NCBI GenBank assembly: GCA_002269645.1 | Contig: NIVC01002293.1 | Span: forward strand, 124,001 to 188,000 | DNA from: Macrostomum lignano | Lineage: Eukaryota | Length of the DNA stretch: 64,000 bases | Reading direction: 5' to 3' | Position numbers and translations under genes: made by a program | The notes under the pieces: generated by a model | What the model was told of the DNA's origin: nothing | The model's database searches: none | The model's input: only the letters and a program-made list of their open reading frames with translations | Shown: positions 36,919 to 50,186 of the stretch, piece by piece | Numbering within the stretch: position 1 is the first letter of the stretch | Layout: each line of letters starts with the position of its first letter

Positions 36919-39310
36919 GGGGCAGATCAAAGAATCGGGATGTGGCAGATCAAAGCATCGGGATGTGGCAGATCAAAGCATCGGGATGTGGCAGATCAAA
37001 GCATCGGGATGTTTTTCAATTGCAATGCGACAGCGAGGCCAAAGAGCCAACCGCGGGGGATAAAACCCCCGCCACGCAACCCCCCCCCCCCCCAACACCG
37101 GGGGTGGGGGAAGCCGCGGGGAGGGGCAGGGGTGGGCAGCGTACACAAACGCCAGTTAGCGCAGCCCGCGCAAACTAGCCAAAAGCATCGGGATGTGGCA
37201 GATCAAATCATCGGGATGTGGCAGATCAAAGCATCGGGATGTGGCAGATCAAAGCATCGGGATGTGGCAGATCAAAGCATCGGGATGTGGCAGATCAAAG
37301 CATCGGGATGTGGCAGATCAAAGCATCGGGATGTGGCAGATCAAAGCATCGGGATGTGGCAGATCAAAGCATCGGGATGTGGCAGATCAAAGCATCGGGA
37401 TGTGGCAGATCAAAGCATCGGGATGTGGCAGATCAAAGCATCGGGATGTGGCAGATCAAAGAATCGGGATGTGGCAGATCAAAGCATCGGGATGTGGCAG
37501 ATCAAAGCATCGGGATGTGGCAGATAAAAGCATCGGGATGTGGCAGATCAAAGCATCGGGATGGGGCAGATCAAAGAATCGGGATGTGGCAGATCAAAGC
37601 ATCGGGATGTGGCAGATCAAAGCATCGGGATGTGGCAGATCAAAGCATCGGGATGTGGCAGATCAAAGCATCGGGATGTGGCAGATCAAAGCATCGGGAT
37701 GTGGCAGATCAAAGCATCGGGATGTGGCAGATCAAAGCATCGGGATGTGGCAGATCAAAGCATCGGGATGTGGCAGATCAAAGCATCGGGATGTGGCAGA
37801 TCAAAGCATCGGGATGGGGCAGATCAAAGAATCGGGATGTGGCAGATCAAAGCATCGGGATGTGGCAGATCAAAGCATCGGGATGTGGCAGATCAAAGCA
37901 TCGGGATGTGGCAGATCAAAGCATCGGGATGTGGCAGATCAAAGCATCGGGATGTGGCAGATCAAAGCATCGGGATGGGGCAGATCAAAGCATCGGGATG
38001 TGGCAGATCAAAGCATCGGGATGTGGCAGATCAAAGAATCGGGATGCGGCAGATCAAGGCATCGGGATGTGGCAGATCAAAGCATCGGGATGTGGCAGAT
38101 CAAAGCATCGGGATGTGGCAGATCAAAGCATCGGGATGTGGCAGATCAAAGAATCGGGATGTGGCAGATCAAAGAATCGGGATGTGGCAGATCAAAGCAT
38201 CGGGATGTGGCAGATCAAGGCATCGGGATGTGGCAGATCAAAGCATCGGGATGTGGCAGATCAAAGAATCGGGATGTGGCAGATCAAAGCATCGGGATGT
38301 GGCAGATCAAAGAATCGGGATGTGGCAGATCAAAGCATCGGGATGTGGCAGATCAAAGAATCGGGATGTGGCAGATCAAAGAATCGGGATGTGGCAGATC
38401 AAAGCATCGGGATGTGGCAGATCAAAGCATCGGGATGTGGCAGATCAAAGCATCGGGATGTGGCAGATCAAAGAATCGGGATGTGGCAGATCAAAGAATC
38501 GGGATGTGGCAGATCAAAGCATCGGGATGTGGCAGATCAAAGCATCGGGATGGGGCAGATCAAAGAATCGGGATGTGGCAGATCAAATCATCGGGATGTG
38601 GCAGATCAAAGCATCGGGATGTGGCAGATCAAATCATCGGGATGTGGCAGATCAAAGCATCGGGATGGGGCAGATCAAAGCATCGGGATGTGGCAGATCT
38701 AAGCATCGGGATGTGGCAGATCAAAGCATTGGGATGTGGCAGATCAAATCATCGGGATGTGGCAGATCAAAGCATCGGGATGTGGCAGATCAAAGAATCG
38801 GGATGTGGCAGATCAAAGAATCGGGATGTGGCAGATCAAATCATCGGGATGTGGCAGATCAAAGCATCGGGATGTGGCAGATCAAAGCATCGGGATGTGG
38901 CAGATCAAATCATCGGGATGTGGCAGATCAAAGCATCGGGATGTGGCAGATCAAAGCATCGGGATGTGGCAGATCAAAGCATCGGGATGTGGCAGATCAA
39001 AGAATCGGGATGTGGCAGATCAAAGAATCGGGATGTGGCAGATCAAAGAATCGGGATGTGGCAGATCAAAGCATCGGGATGTGGCAGATCAAAGCATCGG
39101 GATGTGGCAGATAAAAGCATCGGGATGTGGCAGATCAAAGCATCGGGATGTGGCAGATCAAAGCATCGGGATGTGGTAGATCAAAGCATCGGGATGTGGC
39201 AGATAAAAGCATCGGGATGTGGCAGATCAAAGCATCGGGATGTGGCAGATCAAAGAATCGGGATGTGGCAGATCAAGGCATCGGCAGCAGCGGCGGATCA
39301 AGGCATCGGG
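36919..39310. repeat. 23-bp minisatellite (~95 copies), TCGGGATGTGGCAGATCAAAGCA, interrupted at 37013-37180
   Basis: Direct; the 23-aa repeats in all three + frames equal 3 units. Confidence 0.98.
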
Positions 39311-40206
39311 AAAACATTGTACTCTCATCAATGAAGATGACAACTGATTTAGAATTCAGACCAAAGCAGCAGACTTCAGAAGAAAACAGTAAAAAGACTG
39401 CTATGACAGCAGGCATCACACATTTGTCCCAATCACGCACAGTGCATCCGTAGAAAGGAAGCGATTTTAATTAATCGCGAGCAACCTATTTGGTTATCAA
39501 TTTCCGGGACGTCAGAACTCAGTCAGGAACTCGAACTATTCTGACGTGTTCAGGGGATGCTGTGCGACGCTATAGGTCTGGTGTTATTTTAGGCAACCAC
39601 CTCCAGAGATACTGTAGCACATGGTGCATGTACCGTACATTCATGTTTACAGGTTTAGCACTACACGGAACAGCTGACGTACAACAAGCCGATGACAGTT
39701 TGAAGGACTTCACACGCAAATTACTCAAGCGATGGGATACCGTTTTTGTGTTTACGGAATACTTCTGAAACCCTTCTAGCCGTGTGAGCTGAGATGATTG
39801 ACATCAACATGGCAGCAGGTTTTCAGGCTGCTTTCCTCAGCTCTTAACAGTAAGGGTCTGTAATACTGCATGGCCTCACAATAATACCCATTCAGACTCG
39901 GAACTTGGAAATTATCCAGTATTGCAAAAAGCCAAATATGCAACTATGTGAAAGCCAGATATGAAAGGCTTAACACATGACAAATATTCAGGTAAAGAGC
40001 TGCACAGTAGTGCAAATCTGCATTTTATACTGCATTTGCTTTATGATTTAGCCGGAATGTTTATTCGATATGCAAATTAGTCTAATCAGAATTTGCCGTT
40101 ACTGCACCTGCGTGTCTTCCAGCGTAGGGAAGTGGCTTAGTTTTCAGGTAAATCCAGAACAGGCTCGACCGTCTTCACTATGCGCGTGTCCACTGACCGG
40201 TATAGT

Positions 40207-41200
<994 letters not shown>

Positions 41201-41679
41201 AGTCACTATATCCACAGTGTATAGTTAAAGCACTTAGCCAAGTTACCCCTGTCAGAGAGAGTGCAGCTCGAGATGGAGTAGGCTCAAGAGTTTCTCAAGG
41301 CACCTGCGATAGTTACTGCAACGGCTACTGAAGTAGCGAATGGCAAGCTGAAGTAGCCAAGCTATAAATAGCATTCCAAGAGTTACGGCGAGCAAAAAAC
41401 AAGAGCTCACTGGTTAATGCGGCATAATGGAAGCATTGATTAGTGCTCCAATTACATCGGCAAAACCCATTCGGTCTGTTGCGGCTGTGTAGCAATGTCT
41501 GACTTTATCCATGGCAGCTTAAACCGGATTGGCTGAGAGTCGCCCCCTCCTCGTGCAGACAAGTTGGGCGCTGCCTCTTCTCATTGCATTTATTAGCTGG
41601 AGCTGTTGTGGCAGGTTTCCAATTGCCGTTTGCACTCAGCTCTCCCTGACTGACACAGCAACTGCAGCTCATCGACGCC

Positions 41680-43182
41680 ATGCCGCTGCAGGCCAGGTTT
41701 ATCAAAGGCTTCAACAATCAGACGCAGAATTGGACCGACTTAGACGCGCAGCTGCTAAGCGGGTTGCAGATCAGCCCAGCTCAGGCGCTGATTGCCAGCC
41801 TGCTGGCGCTGCTGGCCTGCCTGACGATATTCGGCAACTCGCTGGTCATCCTGGCCGTGCTGCGCGACCATCACCTGCGCACTATCACCAATTATTTCAT
41901 CGTGTCGCTGGCGACAGCCGACCTGCTCATGGGCCTCGTTGTCGTGCCCTTCTCGGCCGTCTCCTACGCAACCAGCGACCGGTGGCTCTTCGGCCCGGTC
42001 TGGTGCGACCTCTGGCACGCGTTCGACGTGCTGAGCACTACGGCCAGCATCCTCAACCTCTGCATCATCGCCATGGAGCGCTACTGGGCCGTGGAGAATC
42101 CCATCAGCTATCCCAGCCGGCTGACCCGCCGGCGCTGCCTGATGCTGGTCTCGGCCGCCTGGATTCTGGCCAGCTTCATCAGTTTCCCGGCAATCTACTG
42201 GTGGCGGGCGACTGCGGAGGCGACAGCCCCAGGGGAGGCCTACGAATGCCGCTTCACCAGCGACCCGGTCTACCTGATCTGCTCCAGCGTCGTGTCCTTC
42301 TATGCGCCCCTGTTGGTGATGGTGTTCGTCTACTGCAAGATCTACCGCACAGCTACGCAGCTCGTGCGCGGCTGGCACACCGGAGCGAAGGTCGTCCTGA
42401 AAAGCGGCTGCCCTGGCGCCAACGGTGGAGGTGGGGACGGCGCCAACGGCGGCAGGCGCTCCTCCGCCATCGTCCTGCGCATCCACCGCGGCCGCAGGGA
42501 GTTGACCCCGACCGAGGCGGCTACGGCAGCGGCAGCGGCGGCCAAGGAGCAGCACAGCAGCCTGGGACTGCGCAGGAAGCTGGCCAGATTCTCTCGCGAG
42601 CAGCGGGCCGCCAAAACGCTCGGCGTCGTGATGGGCGTCTTCATCGCCTGCTGGCTGCCGTTCTTCGTCTGTAACGTGGCTGTCGCGGTGGCCCCAGAGG
42701 CCCTGGGCAGAGGCGGCCGAGCCTTTGGCCAGGTGGCCACCTGGCTGGGCTACGCTAACAGCTGCATCAACCCGGCGATCTACGCCCACTCGATGCGCGA
42801 CTTTCGACGCGCCTTCATCCGCCTGCTGGGTTGCCAGCGCAGGAGTCGCCAGGCTGCCGCTGCGGCGGCCGGCGTTCCGCTAGTCGCAGCCGCTGCTGCG
42901 GCCACCCTGACGACGTCAACGAATCGCCTCAACAACAACCGACCATTGCACACGTTCGGTGGCAGCCGACGCCGTCGGGAACGTCAGGCGCGTCACGGGC
43001 AGATGCTCAAAGCTGATTCTTCGTTCGTTCGTCGCGGCCAAAGAGCGGCGTCCCTGACAGCGGCCGGTCCGCTGCGCCTGGCGTCGGCCGCCGGAGCTGA
43101 AGAGGCCGCCCAGCAGCGACCGCCGTCGCCTATCTACGCGTGCAGCAGCTCCACACCGATGCTGCATTCGGTGCAGTCGTAG
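41680..43182 (+). CDS. Intronless class A biogenic-amine GPCR, most like invertebrate D1-type dopamine receptor (Dop1R2/INDR-like)
   Basis: GNSLVI, SLATADLL, TM3 CDLWHAFDVL (amine-binding Asp), ERY, TM5 SSVVSFY (catechol serines), AAKTLGVVMGVFIACWLPFF, NPAIY...RDFRRAF; subtype judged from remembered family motifs. Confidence 0.92.
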   Translation: MPLQARFIKGFNNQTQNWTDLDAQLLSGLQISPAQALIASLLALLACLTIFGNSLVILAVLRDHHLRTITNYFIVSLATADLLMGLVVVPFSAVSYATSDRWLFGPVWCDLWHAFDVLSTTASILNLCIIAMERYWAVENPISYPSRLTRRRCLMLVSAAWILASFISFPAIYWWRATAEATAPGEAYECRFTSDPVYLICSSVVSFYAPLLVMVFVYCKIYRTATQLVRGWHTGAKVVLKSGCPGANGGGGDGANGGRRSSAIVLRIHRGRRELTPTEAATAAAAAAKEQHSSLGLRRKLARFSREQRAAKTLGVVMGVFIACWLPFFVCNVAVAVAPEALGRGGRAFGQVATWLGYANSCINPAIYAHSMRDFRRAFIRLLGCQRRSRQAAAAAAGVPLVAAAAAATLTTSTNRLNNNRPLHTFGGSRRRRERQARHGQMLKADSSFVRRGQRAASLTAAGPLRLASAAGAEEAAQQRPPSPIYACSSSTPMLHSVQS

Positions 43183-44539
43183 CCGTCCATAAAATTCCTT
43201 TCGATATAGCTGAATTATGAATCTCGCAAGGTGCGTCAGCATAAATGACAGCCTGTTCTGTATCCTTGAATTTAATCCCCTGTGACGGCGACAGTGTCAG
43301 GAATGGGATTGTTTCTAAGCCGTCTTTTTAACAGTCGGAATTCCATGTATAGCAATGAAAGATTGGCGGATTCCCTGCTGAAAACACAGCTCTGTCTGGT
43401 CAGTGCTGGTGCACTTGGAAATCCTGCCTCGGTTGGTTTGTTAGGCTTTCAACTACGCGTGTGCATCCTATGAGGCGTCAACGAAAATTGTCTCTAATTG
43501 ATTTCGAAGCGGTCCAGCGAGCAGAGATTTTGTTGACTGTCTTCGCGTACTATTATTTTTATACACAGGTGGCTGAAGTTTCACATTAGGCATATGGCAC
43601 TGAGCCAGAGAGAAATTGACAATCGCCAAGCTGCCTCTACAAGATTTGATGGAGAGCTGAAGCCGCGATGAGGTTTCAACAGCTCTTGAAACCCGATCTG
43701 AACTGCACCTCATTTCCCAGCTCTCCGCTACTTCCTTTTCAGGCCGGCGCCAAGGACTTAATCTCGCTTTCACAGCTAACCCAGTCTGGCACTCGGGCAA
43801 GCCGAGTTACAATTAACAGTTTCTAAGCAATGTGCGGCCTTCGCGTTGCTCACGCCTCCTCAGCGACAGATAAAATCAATACAAGAGCTGATGAATATTC
43901 GATTTGGCCCGCTGATTGAGGAGACTTTTTCGACCAAATCTGACAGTGAGACTCTTTATTAGTAGTGTAAGAAAATCCATACGTTTCATTGATTTGAGGA
44001 GGCCAGCAACCTAAGGAATATCGTCTTAGTAACCTTTGTCTCCAGCTGTTCGGTGCGGGCATGTGCGTGTAAATGTATTTTTTTCTTTGACTCGCGCTCA
44101 TAAACAGCTTATCATCAATATTAAAGACTTTTTAATAATGGAAAAAATCTCATGTGGAAGCAACCGTCACTAAAAAATATATATAATTCATTGTGCACAA
44201 CTCTGCAAGCTTCTTGTTAATTACAGAGCAGGTAGTTGTTTTGATGGTGACTCCTTGCAACTGCGCGGGGCAACGGAAATAATGAAACGGTTCTAACGAA
44301 ATATATCTGTAGTTAGTTACAGACAGCTGAGTCACATAGATTCGATTCATCCAGTGGCTTTGGAGCAACAAATAATATTATACACAATCATCCGCCTGAT
44401 CCGTGCACCGGATGCAACTTGCTTATTACAGCAGTCATGCTTCGGCCTCTGATACGAGCAGGCTTAAACGGATAGGGAGACTCTGAAACTTCAGGCTAGT
44501 CTGGAGAGGGATTTTGTGGTGTCATGATAATTATAATGA

Positions 44540-45602
44540 TAGATTTTGAAGCGTCATGCTTACAGTTAGCGACATTTTAAAGTGTCAGACTTACAGTGTG
44601 CAAAATTTTGAAGCGCCATGCTTACAATCAGTAAGATTTTGAAGCACCATGCTTACAATCAGTGAGATTTTGCAGCGCCATGCTTACAATCAGCAAGATT
44701 TTGAAGCACAATGCTTACAATCAGTAAGATTTTGAAGCGCCATGCTTACAATCAGCAAGATTTTGAAGCGCCATGCTTACAATCAGTGAGATTTTGAAGC
44801 GCCATGCTTACAATCAGTGAGATTTTGAAGCGTCATGCTTACAATCAGCAAGATTTTGAAGCGTCATGCTTACAATCAGTAAGATTTGAAGCGTCATGCT
44901 TACAATCAGCAAGATTTTGAAGCGCCATGCTTACAATCAGCAAGATTTTGAAGCGCCATGCTTACAATCAGCAAGATTTTGAAGCGCCATGCTTACAATC
45001 AGCAAGATTTTGAAGCGTCATGCTTACAATCAGCAAGATTTTGAAGCGCCATGCTTACAATCAGCAAGATTTTAAAGCGCCATGCTTACAATCAGCAAGA
45101 TTTTGAAGCGTCATGCTTACAATCAGCAAGATTTTGAAGCGTCATGCTTACAATCAGCAAGATTTTAAAGCGCCATGCTTACAATCAGCAAGATTTTGAA
45201 GCGCCATGCTTACAATCAGCAAGATTTTGAAGCGTCATGCTTACAATCAGCAAGATTTTGAAGCGTCATGCTTACAATCAGCAAGATTTTGAAGCGTCAT
45301 GCTTACAATCAGCAAGATTTTAAAGCGCCATGCTTACAATCAGCAAGATTTTGAAGCGCCATGCTTACAATCAGCAAGATTTTGAAGCGCCATGCTTACA
45401 ATCAGCAAGATTTTGAAGCGCCATGCTTACAATCAGCAAGATTTTGAAGCGTCATGCTTACAATCAGCAAGATTTTGAAGCGCCATGCTTACAATCAGCA
45501 AGATTTTGAAGCGTCATGCTTACAATCAGCAAGATTTTGAAGCGCCATGCTTACAATCAGCAAGATTTTGAAGCGCCATGCTTACAATCAGCAAGATTTT
45601 GA
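44540..45602. repeat. 31-bp minisatellite (~34 copies), GATTTTGAAGCGCCATGCTTACAATCAGCAA
   Basis: Direct. Confidence 0.97.
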
Positions 45603-46709
45603 TCACAAGCAACAGCTGTTCACTAGAATACATGCGCATACACTCGTAGTTCTTAATAACGTTTCGCAATTTCAGCACCAAGTAAAAAGCTTGTCCAGGC
45701 GGTGAGTGGGAGCCAGAGCTGCCCCCACCCCCATTAAATTATTCCAGAGGCCTAGAGCAAATAGCAAGACGGATTGTTTAGAAATACCTATAGAGAAGAT
45801 AAAAATGAAAACGACTTTGTTAGACAAAAAAGCACCATTAGCGCAAGCATTGTTGACTGCTGGATATGAACCCAAAGATAGCTCGATATTCAACTCAAAC
45901 CATGTGACCCGACTGGCTGAGTTTTTAACCTTATTACACAAGCAGGTTCCATGAGTCGATAGGCCCAAAGTAAAGACAGGTGGAGACTTAGATAAGGGCT
46001 TGCACCTGTCCATTGCACTGCAGTTCTTGTAAATAATGACAGGCTACCCGCGGAAGTTAAACGGAACCAGGAGTCCATAGGAGCTCGCAAGTATGATAGC
46101 TCAGTATGTACTTTCCAGTCGCAGAAATTCACTGTACAGGTTTATTGCAAAGCTGAATTTATCTTCTAGCCAATTGTAATTGCATTTGAGTCTAGACTCA
46201 TCTGCAGGAGAGGCCAGGAGAACGGAATCAAGAAAATGCATCAGTTAATCCGGAGAGACTCCGTAGGTCAACCAGTTCGGCCATGAATAATGCTGCTTGA
46301 TTGGCCTTGGCAACGCGACTAAACCTATACAGGAGTTGATGAAGCTCCAGCATTCTGTACAGGTCGCGCATAAGATATCCCCTATGCGGCGAAGCACGCT
46401 TCATTAAAGATAAACCGCCAGTGCTCAGGGAGTATCGCACAAAAGACTCGAACTCCGGACTCCGTCGAGCCCAATTAACGCAAAAAAATAATCCCAGGGA
46501 CTGTGCGCCAGCCACGGCGCAGGGATCGCGACTCGATTCATAATTGATGAGGCAAAAAATATATTCGGACTTAACAATCCAAAGAAGGACTGTGGAAATT
46601 AGCGTGTCCGAATCCTGATTGAGTGAATATGGTTATGCAGAGAGAACGACTTTGGCGAAGGGCGTTAGCGACATTGGAGGCTGTTTCTGGCACCCCAAAG
46701 GCGAAGGGC

Positions 46710-47500
46710 TCTTGGTGGGCGTCCCTGTCTCTTGGTGGCGTCCCCTGTCTCTTATTGGACATCCCCTGTCTCTGGGTGGGTGTCCGTCTTTTATTGGACA
46801 TCCCCTGTCTCTTGGTGGGCGTCCCGTCTCTTGGTCGGCGACCCCTGTCTCTTGGTGGGCGTCCCTCGACCTGTCTCTTGGTGGGCGTCCCTCGACCTGT
46901 CTCTTGGTGGGCGTCCCTGACCTGTCTCTTGGTGGGCGTCCCCTGACCTGTCTCTTGGTGGGCGTCCCCTGACCTGTCTCTTGGTGGGCGTCCCTGACCT
47001 GTCTCTTGGTGGGCGTCCCTGACCTGTCTCTTGGTGGGCGTCCCGTCTTTTGGTGGGAAACCCCTGTCTTTTGGTGGGAAACCAGTCTCCTGGTGGGCGT
47101 CCCCTGTCTCTTGTTGGGCGTCCCCTGTCTCTTGGTGGGCGACCACTGTCTCTTAGTTGGCGTCCCGTCTCTTGGTCGGCGACCCCTGTCTCTTGGTGGG
47201 CGTCCCCTGTCTCTTATTGCTGCAGTTTCATTGGGCGTCCCCTGACCTGTCTCTTGGTGGGCGTCCCTCGACCTGTCTCTTGGTGGGCGTCCCTGACCTG
47301 TCTCTTGGTGGGCGTCCCTGACCTGTCTCTTGGTGGGCGTCCCGTCTTTTGGTGGGAAACCAGTCTCCTGGTGGGCGTCCCCTGTCTCTTGTTGGGCGTC
47401 CCCTGTCTCTTGGTGGGCGTCCCCTGTCTCTTGTTGGGCGTCCTTTGTCTCTTGGCGGGCGCCCCTACCCATGTCTCTTAGACAGGTAGGTGGATGCCAT
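46710..47500 (-). repeat. ~20-23-bp minisatellite (CCAAGAGACAGGGGACGCCCA on minus), related to the 30600-31160 array
   Basis: Shared core CAAGAGACAGGGG and shared flank ATGGCATCCACC (30569-30580; 47489-47500 minus). Confidence 0.85.
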
Positions 47501-47844
47501 TCATGAGCTCCCGTCATTCGTCGAGCTTAGTTATCTCTTTCATTTAGTGTTAGGAGAAGCGCAATTGAAGGATCATGTTTGAAAGGTCATATTAGTAAAT
47601 TGAAAGATTTTAGTATAGTCTAGTGGATGTGCCTTATCTTGCTATCTACTGTGACTACTGTTCAGAAACAAAGTGGCGAATCGAAACTCAAATCAATCAA
47701 TTCAACGAATTCAACTAATGAAAAAAATTCGCTTCAGCCTACTTCAAGTAGAGTAGCAGGAATAAATTCTGTCATGTTTACTAGCTGCTGATCTTAAACT
47801 AAATTTTCGGCATTATCATTATTCATCCTAAAATCAGTCTAGGT

Positions 47845-48355
47845 CAGGGGTCGCCGAACTTTTGTCCCTTAAGGGCCAGATACAGAACCTAGCGCATGAC
47901 TGCGGGTCAAAGGAGGGCAAAGATGAGAAGGAATAGAGAAGAGAGCGGGGAAATTGGAGAAAGGAGAGGCGAGGGAATAAAGGAGATAGAAGAAGAGAGA
48001 TGAAATATACGAGACGAGAGGAGATGAGAGAAGCGAGAGGAGAGGAGAGGAGAGGAGAAGAGAGAAGGGAGAGAAGAGGAGAGAAGGGAGAGAAGAGAGA
48101 TAAGAGAGAAGGGAGAGGAGGGAAAGGAGAGGAGAGGAGAGGAGAGAAGAGGAGAAGAGAGATGGGAGAGAAGAGGAGAGAAGGGAGAGGAGCAGAGAGA
48201 AGGGAGAGGAGGGAAAGGAGAGGAGAGGAGAGAAGGGAGAGGAGAGAGAAGGGAGGGGAGAGAAGGGAGAGGAGAGAAGAGGAGAGGAGAGGAGAGGAGA
48301 GGAGAGGAGAGAAGGGAGAGGAGAGAAGAGGAGAGAAGGGAGAGGAGAGAAGGGA
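47845..48355. mobile_element. Partial copy of the 17210-17889 hAT MITE in opposite orientation, with a (GGAGA)n tract
   Basis: CAGGGGTCGCCGAACTTTT..AAGGGCCAGAT..GCGCATGACTGC matches the reverse complement of 17835-17889; second TIR absent. Confidence 0.75.
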
Positions 48356-48765
48356 TCTCTTATCCCCGCCCAATTTTTATTACCTTTCAGCCTAAAGCCG
48401 CCTCCTGCTATGCACATTTCAGCGGCGCAGGCTAAACGTACGTAACCTCTGCACCAATAGCCAGTTTTTTTACGTGTCTGCAAGTCAAGCAAACTGCTTT
48501 ACTTTCAGAAAAAAGCTTGCACATGTTTTTCTGCTACTGAACTGAAAGTAGAGAATTAGCTATATATATGATTTCGCCCTCTCAATCAAAGCCGAAATAA
48601 GCAACAAAGACAAAGTAAAATGCAGATAAAGTTTTCTTAATCCAAGACGTAATTTAGTTGGTTGAACAGTTCATCCACAAAGACCAATGAACAGCGACTT
48701 ATAATTATTGGTCTCAATCGTTACCACAACAAGCCAGTAAACGAAGTTAGCGTTGAGCAAGATAG

Positions 48766-49182
48766 TTACTTGATAGAAGTGCAGCTGGACGCAATCTTCG
48801 GCCACAGTTCTGCGGCCTCCTTAGCAACCGGGCCGGTGACAGCTGAGCCCTTCATCTCGCCTTTGTTATTCACGATTACCCCGGCATTGTCTTCAAAGTA
48901 CAGAATATCGCCGTTCTTTCGCCGGATGGACTTCCGTTGCCGGATGATAACGGCCAGGATGACCTTCTTGCGCAGGTCGGCCTTGCCTTTGCGCACGCTG
49001 CAGACGATCAGGTCGCCGACACCGGCAGCTGGTAGGCGGTTCAATCGGCCGCGGATGCCCGTGACGGCGAACAGGTTCAGCACCTTGGCGCCGCTGTTGT
49101 CGGCGCAGTTAATAGCGGCGCCAACTGGCAGGCCGAGAGACACGCGAAACTTAGTGGACCGGGAGGTGCTTCGCTTGGACAT
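48766..49182 (-). CDS. RPL23: 60S ribosomal protein L23 (uL14), intronless and divergent
   Basis: [76 protein letters not shown]; intact 138-aa ORF. Confidence 0.97.
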   Translation of the reverse strand: MSKRSTSRSTKFRVSLGLPVGAAINCADNSGAKVLNLFAVTGIRGRLNRLPAAGVGDLIVCSVRKGKADLRKKVILAVIIRQRKSIRRKNGDILYFEDNAGVIVNNKGEMKGSAVTGPVAKEAAELWPKIASSCTSIK

Positions 49183-49335
49183 GGCTCAGCTGGGACTGCA
49201 CGCTCTGCAATCAGAACATTCGGTTTGCGAGTTTGTTGGCGGTGTTTGTTTCAAATTCAGGTGCTTTAATTTTCCACGAGTACACTGGGGATCTGGGAGG
49301 CTGGCCTAGACACCGAGGAAGGTGGCAGTGGCCTT

Positions 49336-50186
49336 GCAACTGAGGATCTGGGGGTGGATTAGCAACTGAGGATCTGGAGGTGGATTAGCAACTGAGGATC
49401 TGGGGGTGGATTAGCAACTGAGGATCTGGGGGTGGATTAGCAACTGAGGATCTGGGGGTGGATTAGCAACTGAGGATCTGGGGGTGGATTAGCAACTGAG
49501 GATCTGGAGGTGGATTAGCAACTGAGGATCTGGGGGTGGATTAGCAACTGAGGATCTGGGGGTGGATTAGCAACTGAGGATCTGGGGGTGGATTAGCAAC
49601 TGAGGATCTGGGGGTGGATTAGCAACTGAGGATCTGGGGGTGGATTAGCAACTGAGGATCTGAGGGGTGGATTAGCAACTGAGGATCTGAGGGGTGGATT
49701 AGCAACTGAGGATCTGGGGATGGATTAGCAACTGAGGATCTGGGGGTGGATTAGCAACTGAGGATCTGAGGGGTGGATTAGCAACTGAGGATCTGGGGGT
49801 GGATTAGCAACTGAGGATCTGAGGGGTGGATTAGCAACTGAGGATCTGGGGATGGATTAGCAACTGAGGATCTGGGGGTGGATTAGCAACTGAGGATCTG
49901 AGGGGTGGATTAGCAACTGAGGATCTGGGGGTGGATTAGCAACTGTGGATCTGGGGGTGGATTAGCAACTGAGTATCTGGGGGTGGATTAGCAACTGTGG
50001 ATCTGGGGGTGGATTAGCAACTGAGGATCTGGAGGTGGATTAGCAACTGAGGATCTGGGGGTGGATTAGCAACTGAGGATCTGGAGGTGGATTAGCAACT
50101 GTGGATCTGGGGGTGGATTAGCAACTGAGGATCTGGGGGTGGATTAGCAACTGAGGATCTGGGGTGGATTAGCAACTGAGGATCTA
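49336..50186. repeat. 26-27-bp minisatellite (~32 copies), GCAACTGAGGATCTGGGGGTGGATTA, upstream of RPL23
   Basis: Direct. Confidence 0.97.

Noticed and set aside
36907-39453. 494-713-aa ORFs in all three + frames
   Set aside because: The 23-bp unit simply lacks stop codons on that strand; identical peptide repeats in all frames indicate an artefact.
42079-42087. ERY instead of DRY in the GPCR as a novelty
   Set aside because: ERY is a common functional variant in class A GPCRs.
41529-42789. Overlapping alternative-frame and antisense ORFs on the GPCR, and likewise on CAT (62269-63555), RPL23 (48662-49309) and adducin
   Set aside because: Expected shadows of GC3-rich coding sequence, with no recognisable motifs.
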